Origin: Candidatus Krumholzibacteriia bacterium
Lineage (GTDB): Bacteria; Krumholzibacteriota; Krumholzibacteriia; LZORAL124-64-63
Assembly: GCA_046484865.1 (NCBI GenBank)
Contig: JAWOID010000115.1
Coordinates: forward strand, 1 to 26,196
Direction: 5' to 3'
Length of the DNA: 26,196 nucleotides
The notes beneath the pieces were generated by a model that saw nothing but the letters and a program-made list of their open reading frames with translations, was not told the origin of the DNA and did no database searches. Made by a program: the position numbers and the translations under genes. Of the stretch, positions 7,688-14,764 are shown piece by piece (the first letter of the stretch is position 1; every line of letters begins with the position of its first letter).

Positions 7688-8679
7688 TGGTCACCTGGCG
7701 GCGGCACGGCATCTTCCTGGTGCGCGGCCTGGTGAGCGCCGCGCTCGTGTGGTGGCTGCTGGGGCGGCTCTCGTGGGAGGAGATCGAGTCCGGGCTGGAG
7801 CGGCCTCGCTGGGGTGTCCTGGCGCTGGCGCTGGGGATCTACGCCGTCTCCGCTCTCGGCGGTGCGCTGCAGTGGATCTGGCTGCTCAGGCGCGCGGGAC
7901 TGGCCACGCCGGCGGCGGAGATCAGGCGGCTCTACTTCATCGGCCTGTTCTTCAACAACTTCCTGCCCGCCAACGTGGGTGGCGACGCTTACAAGATCGT
8001 CGACCTCGGCCGGCGCGAGCAGTGTCCGGCGCGGGTGTTCTGCGCCACGTTGCTCGATCGGCTGCTGGGATTGACGGCCTTGACGGTCCTGGCGGTCCTC
8101 GCGGCCGCCGCGGCGGCGGCGGGCGGACACGAGTTGCCGCCGGCCGTGGTCCTGCTGGCGCCCGTGCTCGCTGCGCTGATCCTGGTGCAGGCGCTGCTGC
8201 TGTCCCGGCGCGTGGGCGCGCGCCTGCCGCTGCTGGCGCGGCGGGTGCGTCTCGGCCAGGTGGGCGAGCGGCTGGCCACCGTGGCCACGGAGTGGCAGGT
8301 GTTCCGCCGGGCGCCGCTCTGGCTGCTGGCGGTCGGCGCCTTCAGCGTCGGGGTCCAGTTCCTGCGCATCCTCACCCACATCGTGGTGGCCGCAGGGCTG
8401 GGCATCCTGCTGACCCCGACGCAGGTCCTGCAGCTGTTCGTGCTGATCCCGCTGCTGGCCGTGAGCCTCACGCTGCCGGTGACGATCAACGGCATCGGCC
8501 TGCGCGAGTCCGTCTCGGCCACGCTGCTGGTGGAGGCGGGGCTCACGGCCGAGGAGGCCGTGGCGGTCGAGGTCGCGGCCTACGTCGTGCAGGTGGTGTT
8601 CAGCCTCTGGGGCGGCGTCCTGTTCTGGCTCGGTCGGCGACCGCGAGCGCCCGTGCGCGACGTGCCCGATCTCCCCTGA
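7687..8679 (+). CDS. UPF0104 / lysylphosphatidylglycerol-synthase-TM (flippase-like) membrane protein
   Basis: Family motifs YFIGLFFNNFLPANVGGDAYK, LLDRLLGL and LPVTINGIGLRE; about 8 hydrophobic helices. Start is coupled to the GT4 stop (GTGATG, so 7684 or 7687) after GGAGG. Confidence 0.85.
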   Translation: MVTWRRHGIFLVRGLVSAALVWWLLGRLSWEEIESGLERPRWGVLALALGIYAVSALGGALQWIWLLRRAGLATPAAEIRRLYFIGLFFNNFLPANVGGDAYKIVDLGRREQCPARVFCATLLDRLLGLTALTVLAVLAAAAAAAGGHELPPAVVLLAPVLAALILVQALLLSRRVGARLPLLARRVRLGQVGERLATVATEWQVFRRAPLWLLAVGAFSVGVQFLRILTHIVVAAGLGILLTPTQVLQLFVLIPLLAVSLTLPVTINGIGLRESVSATLLVEAGLTAEEAVAVEVAAYVVQVVFSLWGGVLFWLGRRPRAPVRDVPDLP

Positions 8680-8704
8680 GGCCGGGAACCGGCACGCGGC
8701 GAGG

Positions 8705-8733
8705 TTGTTGGGAAGCAGGGCCTGTGCTAGATT
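8705..8733 (+). promoter_or_regulatory. Internal sigma70-type promoter before the DUF2723 gene
   Basis: TTGTTG (8705-8710), 17 nt, TAGATT (8728-8733), with an extended -10 TG at 8725-8726, in the ~200-nt intergenic gap. Confidence 0.55.
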
Positions 8734-8885
8734 CCGGCGTCCACTGAACGTCGCCTCCCGCCGCCGGCGCGCCGGATGGAGGTCGTCGTCCGCCGGACGG
8801 CCAGCACCGATCGACCTCCGGACCGATGGGGTCCGGAATCACCGCCGGGCCCCGGTCCGGTCGCGATGGCGCGCAGGGAGAGGTC

Positions 8886-11651
8886 TTGAACATCCACGCG
8901 ATCAGGCGACCCCAGGTCCTCCTGGCCACGGCGATCTTCGCGCTGGCCTTCGGCGTCTATCTCGCGACCCTGGCACCCACGATCAGCTTCTGGGACTGCG
9001 GCGAGTTCATCACCTGCAGTCACATCGTCGGCATCCCGCACCAGCCCGGCACCCCGCTCTACGTCCTGGTGGGCCGCGTGTTCGACGTGCTGTTCGGCGA
9101 TCCGCAGATCACCGAGCCCGCGTTTCGCACCGCCTGGGCCCTGAACATGATGTCGGCCTTCTTCAGTGCGCTGGCGGTGATGCTGGTCTACCTGATCGTC
9201 CTCGATCTGGCCCGGCGCGCCGACCCCGACTCCGGCTGGATGGCCCACGCGGGAGCGGTGGTCGGCGCGCTCTTCCTGACGTTCTCGGAGACGTTCTGGA
9301 ACAATGCCGTCGAGGCGGAGGTATACGGCCTCTCCGCCTTCGTGATGGCGCTAGTGACGTGGCTGGCGCTGCGCTGGTACGAGTGGCGCGAGCGGCCGCC
9401 CAGCGATCTGCTGCTGATCCTCATCGTCTACCTGCTGGGGCTGGGGGTGGGCTTCCACCTGGGCGTGCTGCTGATCTTCGGCGGCATCTTCGTTTTGGTG
9501 CTCATCGCCCGCCGCTGGCGCGCGTCGCCGGACTTCTGGCTCGTGAGCGCCGGCCTTCTGCTCTTCATCCTCTCCATGGGCGTCCAGAACGACCTGCTGC
9601 TGGTCCTGCTGCTGGTGCTCTACCTGTCGGTCGCGCTCTGGCGCGGGTTCGCCCACGGACGCTGGTTCGCGCTGATAGGGTCCGCGGTCTTCATGCTCGG
9701 CATCTCGGTGCACATCATGATGCTCATCCGGGCGGGAGCCTCGCCGGAGCCGGCGATCAACCAGACCGATCCCGACACCTTCTCCGTCCTGCTGTCGGTG
9801 CTCCGGCGTGAGCAGTACCCCACCCTGAACCTCCTCCCGCGTCAGGCCGACCTGGGCTGGCAATTCGGCTACTACTACGGGTTCCTGGTGGACCAGTTCA
9901 CCTTCCTGAGCAACGGCCAGGGCGCGCTGGCGCGGGTGTCCACCTTCATCGGCCCGATCTTCCTGGCGCTGTTCGGCGTGTTCCACGGGATCCGTCGCGC
10001 ACGGCCGGTGATCTGGCTGATCCTGGTGAACTACGTCATCAACTCCCATGGGCTCACGCTGCTGCTCAACTTCACCGACCACGAGGTGCGCGAGCGCGAC
10101 TACTTCTACTTCGCCGCGTTCATGTTCGTGGCGGTGCTCATCGGACTGGGCTCGGCGGCGCTGCTGCGCTTCGCCGCGGGTCCGGAGGGGCTCAGCCTGG
10201 CGCGGATCGAGAGCGAGAGCGGTGCTGGCGGGCAGGGTGCACGCCAGTCGGCGCCCGCGGTGCGCGCCGGCGTGCTGCCCCGCGTCACCGCCGCGGCTCT
10301 GGTCGTGGTGGCCGCCCTGCCGCTGCTGCTGTCCCAGGGGGTACCCTTCCTGGGCGTCCCGCCGCACACCAAGTGGTTCGAGCACGACCGGTCCGACAAC
10401 CGGGTGCCCTACGAGTACGCGCGCAACATCCTGGCGGGACTCGACGAGAACGCCATCATCTTCACCAACGGCGACAACGACACCTTCCCGATCTGGTACC
10501 TGCAGGAGGTGGAACACTTCCGGCGCGACGTGACGGTCGTGAACCTCTCACTGGTGAACCTGCCGTGGTACGTCGAGCAACTCCGCCGGCGGGAGCCGCC
10601 CCTGGACCTGAGCCGATCCGAGCAGGAGATCGCGGCGCTGCGACCGCGCCTCATCGAGGATCCGCAGACCGGGCAGCGCCAGTTGCTGTACGTGCGCGAC
10701 TACGTGGTGCACGACATCGTCACCACCAATGCGCGGCGCGCGGACGCGAGGCCGGTGTTCTTCGCCGTGACGATACCGCGGGACAACATGGAACTGTACT
10801 TCCCGCACCTGTCCATGGAGGGCCTGGCCTACCGGCTCACGCCCTCGAAGGGGCCCGGCGACCTGCCGACCACCGACGGCGAGCGTCTCCTGGCGAACTT
10901 CTTCGGCGTCTACCGGTTCAGCTCGCTGCTGACCGGCGCCGACGAACCGCGGCACCGGCGCTTCGCCGAGATGGCGGGCCTGGGTTCGGACGTGGCGCCG
11001 GGCGCGCTCGATCTCGACAGGGTGCCGGCGGTGAACTACCAGGCGCTCGTGCCGCTGCTGGGCGAGCTGCGCGACGACGTCTACCTGGACCAGAACACCC
11101 GCTTCCTGCTCGGGAACTATCCGGTGGCGCTCGCCCGCGCCGGCTACCAGCTGCGCGAGGACGGCTACGAGGCTCTGCGCAAGGACCCCACGGACACCCT
11201 CACCTACGACGACCGGATCGGCGGCGCCCTCGCAGCGTTCGAGTTGGCTGGCCGGTTGCGGCCGGAGAGCGACCTCGTGGCAGACTTCTATCCCCTGCTG
11301 CTGCTGGAGCACCGGCGCGACCGCGACGCCCTGGCCTATCTGGACGAGGTCGGCCCGAAGCTCGCACCGGAGACGAGGGCCCGGGCGGTCGCGAACACGG
11401 CCATGGCGATGGCGCAGGTGGGCCAGTCGCATCTGGCGGTCGAATGGCTGGAGGAGAAGATCGCGGCGCAGCCGCAAGACAGGATCTACCACGAGTCGCT
11501 CTTCAGGGTGTTCCACTTCCTGGGCCGGCGCAACGAGGCGGAGCGCGTGGTCGCCCGCTGGGAGAGACTGTCCGGCGAGCGCGATGCCGCCATGCAGGAG
11601 GCCCTCGATACGCTGGATGCCCAGCCGCGGCAACAGGAGGTCGCGCCGTGA
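8886..11651 (+). CDS. DUF2723 / TMEM260-like GT-C membrane glycosyltransferase with C-terminal TPR-like helices
   Basis: Motifs YLATLAPTISFWDCGEFI...GIPHQPGTPLY, FSETFWNNAVEAEVY, EVRERDYFY and AIIFTNGDNDTFPIWYLQEVE; more than 10 TM helices; TPR-like C-terminus. Likely start is TTG 8886 after GGGAGAGG (ORF-track ATG 8826 is the alternative). Confidence 0.88.
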   Translation: MNIHAIRRPQVLLATAIFALAFGVYLATLAPTISFWDCGEFITCSHIVGIPHQPGTPLYVLVGRVFDVLFGDPQITEPAFRTAWALNMMSAFFSALAVMLVYLIVLDLARRADPDSGWMAHAGAVVGALFLTFSETFWNNAVEAEVYGLSAFVMALVTWLALRWYEWRERPPSDLLLILIVYLLGLGVGFHLGVLLIFGGIFVLVLIARRWRASPDFWLVSAGLLLFILSMGVQNDLLLVLLLVLYLSVALWRGFAHGRWFALIGSAVFMLGISVHIMMLIRAGASPEPAINQTDPDTFSVLLSVLRREQYPTLNLLPRQADLGWQFGYYYGFLVDQFTFLSNGQGALARVSTFIGPIFLALFGVFHGIRRARPVIWLILVNYVINSHGLTLLLNFTDHEVRERDYFYFAAFMFVAVLIGLGSAALLRFAAGPEGLSLARIESESGAGGQGARQSAPAVRAGVLPRVTAAALVVVAALPLLLSQGVPFLGVPPHTKWFEHDRSDNRVPYEYARNILAGLDENAIIFTNGDNDTFPIWYLQEVEHFRRDVTVVNLSLVNLPWYVEQLRRREPPLDLSRSEQEIAALRPRLIEDPQTGQRQLLYVRDYVVHDIVTTNARRADARPVFFAVTIPRDNMELYFPHLSMEGLAYRLTPSKGPGDLPTTDGERLLANFFGVYRFSSLLTGADEPRHRRFAEMAGLGSDVAPGALDLDRVPAVNYQALVPLLGELRDDVYLDQNTRFLLGNYPVALARAGYQLREDGYEALRKDPTDTLTYDDRIGGALAAFELAGRLRPESDLVADFYPLLLLEHRRDRDALAYLDEVGPKLAPETRARAVANTAMAMAQVGQSHLAVEWLEEKIAAQPQDRIYHESLFRVFHFLGRRNEAERVVARWERLSGERDAAMQEALDTLDAQPRQQEVAP

Positions 11652-12709
11652 TGCCGCGAGATTCCCACCGGGAAGACTGGAGCCTGGTCACCGCCGCCCT
11701 GCCGGCCGCCGTGCGCGAGGTGCTGGCGCCCGGCGCCCGCGTGGTGGTCACCGGCTGCGCCGGATTCATCGGCAGTCACGTGACCGAGGCGCTGCTGGCG
11801 CTGGGGTGCCGCGTCACCGGCGTGGACTGCCTCACCGACTACTACGCTCCCGAGCAGAAGCGCGAGCACCTCGCGCCGTTCCTCGGCGACGACCGATTCG
11901 AGTTCCGTCAGCAGAACCTGCTGGACCTAGATCCGCGGGAACTGCTCCGCGGCGCCGCCGCGTGCTTCCACCTGGCGGCCCAGGCCGGCGTGCGCGCGAG
12001 CTGGGGGCAGCAGTTCGAGGACTACGTGCACTGGAACGTGCTGGCGACCCAGCGGCTGCTCGAGGGCTGTCGCGACGAGGAAGTGGCGGCGGGACTGCGG
12101 CGCTTCGTCTACTCCAGTTCCAGTTCCGTCTACGGCGATCAGGATGTGCTGCCGGTCACGGAGGAGGCGCTGCCCGCTCCGCGCTCGCCTTACGGCGTGA
12201 CCAAGCTGGCGGCGGAACACCTCTGCCAGCTCTATCACTCGAACTTCGGGGTGCCGGTGACGAGCCTGCGCTACTTCACGGTCTACGGCCCACGCCAGCG
12301 GCCGGACATGGCGTTCCGCAAGTACATCGAGGCGGCCCTGGACGGCCGCGAGTTCGTCGTCTACGGGGACGGCCGGCAGACCCGCGACTTCACCTTCGTG
12401 ACCGACGCCGTGTGCGCCAACCTGCGCGCGGTGGCGCCGAAAGGCGCCGCCACGGTCTTCAACGTGGGAGGCGGCGCCCGCGTCTCCCTGCGCGAGGTCC
12501 TGGATCTGCTGGCGGTCCTGATCACCGCCGAGGTCGCCGACGCGCGCACGCAGGTGAGCTACCGGGAGGTGGTGGCCGGCGACGTGCGCGACACCTTCGC
12601 CGAGCGCAGCCTCGTGTCACAGGCGCTGGGCTACGCGCCCACCGTGCCGCTTCGGGAGGGGCTGGAGCGCGAAGTGGCCTGGGTCGTCGAGCGGAGGCGG
12701 CATGCCTGA
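11651..12709 (+). CDS. NAD-dependent UDP-sugar epimerase/dehydratase (UDP-glucuronate 4-epimerase-like extended SDR)
   Basis: Motifs VTGCAGFIGSH, HLAAQAGVRAS, SSSSVYG, YGVTK and RYFTVYGPRQRPDMA. Start is coupled to the DUF2723 stop (GTGATG) after CAGGAGG; the ORF-track start at 10373 is a shadow extension. Confidence 0.9.
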   Translation: MPRDSHREDWSLVTAALPAAVREVLAPGARVVVTGCAGFIGSHVTEALLALGCRVTGVDCLTDYYAPEQKREHLAPFLGDDRFEFRQQNLLDLDPRELLRGAAACFHLAAQAGVRASWGQQFEDYVHWNVLATQRLLEGCRDEEVAAGLRRFVYSSSSSVYGDQDVLPVTEEALPAPRSPYGVTKLAAEHLCQLYHSNFGVPVTSLRYFTVYGPRQRPDMAFRKYIEAALDGREFVVYGDGRQTRDFTFVTDAVCANLRAVAPKGAATVFNVGGGARVSLREVLDLLAVLITAEVADARTQVSYREVVAGDVRDTFAERSLVSQALGYAPTVPLREGLEREVAWVVERRRHA

Positions 12710-13703
12710 GACGCGGCACGAGGTGGGACGTACTCCGGCGCCGAGTCTCGGCGGCGCGGCGGTGGCGGAGGCCACGCCGCGCACCCGTCTGGCCGTGGTG
12801 GTGCCCGCCTTCAACGAGGCCGAGTCGCTGCCCGAGCTGGTGGAACGCATCGCCGGGGTGGTCGAGCCACTCGGCTGGAGCTACGAGGTCTGGCTGGTGG
12901 ACGACGGTTCGGTGGACGGCAGCGACCGGGTGATCGCCGATCTCGCCGCCCGCCGTCCGGAGGTGCGAGGCCTCTCGCTGAGCCGCAACTACGGCAAGGC
13001 GGCGGCCCTCGCGGCCGGATTCGCCGCGGTGGCCGCCGACTGGGTGATCACCATGGACGCCGACCTCCAGGACGATCCGGAGGAGATTCCCCGGCTGGTC
13101 GAGAAGCTGGAGGAGGGCTACGACCTGGTCTCCGGCTGGAAGCAGGCCCGCAAGGACAGCTTCGTGAAGAACCAGACCTCGAGGCTGTTCAACCGGGTCA
13201 CCGGGGCGATGTGCGGCCTGCGTCTGCACGACTTCAACTGCGGCCTGAAGGCGTACCGGGGCGAGGTCACGCGCTGGGTGCGGCTCTACGGCGAGATGCA
13301 CCGCTACGTGCCGGCCATGGCGCACCTCGCCGGCTTTCGGGTGACCGAGCTGCCGGTGCGTCACCATGCCCGCAAGTACGGCCGCACCAAGTACGGCATG
13401 AACCGCTTCCTGAACGGCTTCCTCGACCTGCTCACGGTCTACTTCCTGCACGCCCGCGGCTCCTCGCCGCTGCACTTCTTCGGCCGCCTGGGAGCGTGGC
13501 TCTTCGCCGGCGGCGGGGCCATCTCGCTCTACTTCCTGGGAATATGGCTGCTCGGCCAGGGTCTGCGCGTGCGGCCCATGCTCGTGCTCGGGCTCGTTCT
13601 CATCGTGCTCGCGGTGCAGTTCGTCAGCCTGGGCCTGGTGGCCGAGCTGATCGTGGCCGGGCGCAAGCCCGAGCGGACGTACCGTGTCCGGAACCGCTAC
13701 TGA
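12702..13703 (+). CDS. GT2 polyprenyl-phosphate glycosyltransferase, ArnC/GtrB/RgtE-like, with two C-terminal TM helices
   Basis: Motifs VVVPAFNEAESL, VDDGSVD, RNYGKAAAL, ITMDADLQDDP, DFNCGLKAYR and LYGEMHRYVP; 8-nt overlap with the epimerase gene. Confidence 0.88.
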   Translation: MPETRHEVGRTPAPSLGGAAVAEATPRTRLAVVVPAFNEAESLPELVERIAGVVEPLGWSYEVWLVDDGSVDGSDRVIADLAARRPEVRGLSLSRNYGKAAALAAGFAAVAADWVITMDADLQDDPEEIPRLVEKLEEGYDLVSGWKQARKDSFVKNQTSRLFNRVTGAMCGLRLHDFNCGLKAYRGEVTRWVRLYGEMHRYVPAMAHLAGFRVTELPVRHHARKYGRTKYGMNRFLNGFLDLLTVYFLHARGSSPLHFFGRLGAWLFAGGGAISLYFLGIWLLGQGLRVRPMLVLGLVLIVLAVQFVSLGLVAELIVAGRKPERTYRVRNRY

Positions 13704-14643
13704 GCGCGCGGGAGCCGCACGGCGCGCGGCGGCGGTGCATCCGCCGCTGACCGTCGTCGTCGTCAACTGGAATGGACGCGACGATCTGGATGCCTGCCTG
13801 CGCTCGCTCGAGGCCGGCGGCTATGGCTCGTCCCTGCGAGTGATGGTGGTGGACAACGGGTCGAGGGACGGGTCCGCGGATCACGTCCGGGCCCACTTCC
13901 CGCAGGTGGAGCTGATCGCCTCGCCGGACAATCTGCGCTGGGCGGGGGGCAACAACCTGGCGCTCCGACGCCTCCGCGACGAAGGCGGGCTGCGCGGCGG
14001 CTGGGCGCTGCTGCTGAACAACGACACCGAGGTCCCGCCGGGAGCCCTGCAGACGCTGGTCGCCGCCGCCGCCGCCGAGCCTCGCGCCTGGGCGGCGACC
14101 CCGCGCATCTGTTACGCCGCGCGGCCGGACCTGCTCTGGTACGACGGCGGCGAGGTGGGCGCGTGGAGCGGCTGGATCCGTCACGCCGGCATCCGTCGGC
14201 CGGCGGCGGGACGGCCGCTGACGCCGAGGTTCGTGGGCTACGGCACGGGGTGCGCGCTGCTCGTCGGCGAGCGGGCGCTGCGCGAGGTGGGCCTGCTGGA
14301 CGAGAGCTACCACCTCTACGGCGAGGACACGGACTGGTGCCTCCGCCTGCGCGCCGCGGGCGGGCAGATCCTGCACGTGCCGGAAGCGGTGATCCTGCAC
14401 CGGGTGAGCGCTTCGCTCGGGGCGGTCAGTCCGCGCAAGCTGTACCTCCGCAGCCGCAGCCACGTGCGCCTGCTGCGCCGCCACTGGCCCCCGCGGCGCC
14501 GGCCGGTGCTTTTGCCCGCGCAGGTCGGGCTTTTCCTGGGCAACGCCGCCTGGCATCTGTGGCACGGTCGACCGGAAAGCGCTCGCGCGCTGGTCCGCGG
14601 CGCCCTGGACGAGTTGCGGCACGCGCCGCTGCCGGAGATCTGA
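13684..14643 (+). CDS. GT2 family glycosyltransferase (WbbL/rhamnosyltransferase-like)
   Basis: Motifs VVVVNWNG, VVDNGSRDGS, LLLNNDT, GCALL and GLLDESYHLYGEDTDWCLR. Start uncertain (GTG 13684 or GTG 13735). Confidence 0.85.
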   Translation: MSGTATERAGAARRAAAVHPPLTVVVVNWNGRDDLDACLRSLEAGGYGSSLRVMVVDNGSRDGSADHVRAHFPQVELIASPDNLRWAGGNNLALRRLRDEGGLRGGWALLLNNDTEVPPGALQTLVAAAAAEPRAWAATPRICYAARPDLLWYDGGEVGAWSGWIRHAGIRRPAAGRPLTPRFVGYGTGCALLVGERALREVGLLDESYHLYGEDTDWCLRLRAAGGQILHVPEAVILHRVSASLGAVSPRKLYLRSRSHVRLLRRHWPPRRRPVLLPAQVGLFLGNAAWHLWHGRPESARALVRGALDELRHAPLPEI

Positions 14644-14687
14644 GTCACCGGGCGGCGCTGGCTGCCGCCGGCCGATTCCGCGCGCGG

Positions 14688-14717
14688 TGGACAGCCGCGC
14701 GCTGCCGATTGTATCCT
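14688..14717 (+). promoter_or_regulatory. Possible internal promoter before the YfhO-like gene
   Basis: TGGACA (14688-14693), 18 nt, TATCCT (14712-14717), in the 121-nt gap before AAAGGAG/GTG 14765. Confidence 0.4.
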
Positions 14718-14764
14718 CCCCCGGCGCGGGCGGGCCGCGCCGAACCGGTGAAAGGAGAGCAGCG

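Noticed and set aside
10373..11650. Apparent 778-aa epimerase with a long N-terminal extension
   Set aside because: The extension is an alternate frame of the DUF2723 gene. The real start is the GTGATG junction at 11648/11651 with a CAGGAGG RBS.
14649..14672. GGCGGC/GCCGCC hairpin after the WbbL-like GT2 stop
   Set aside because: Short stem with no U-tract; insufficient support as a terminator.
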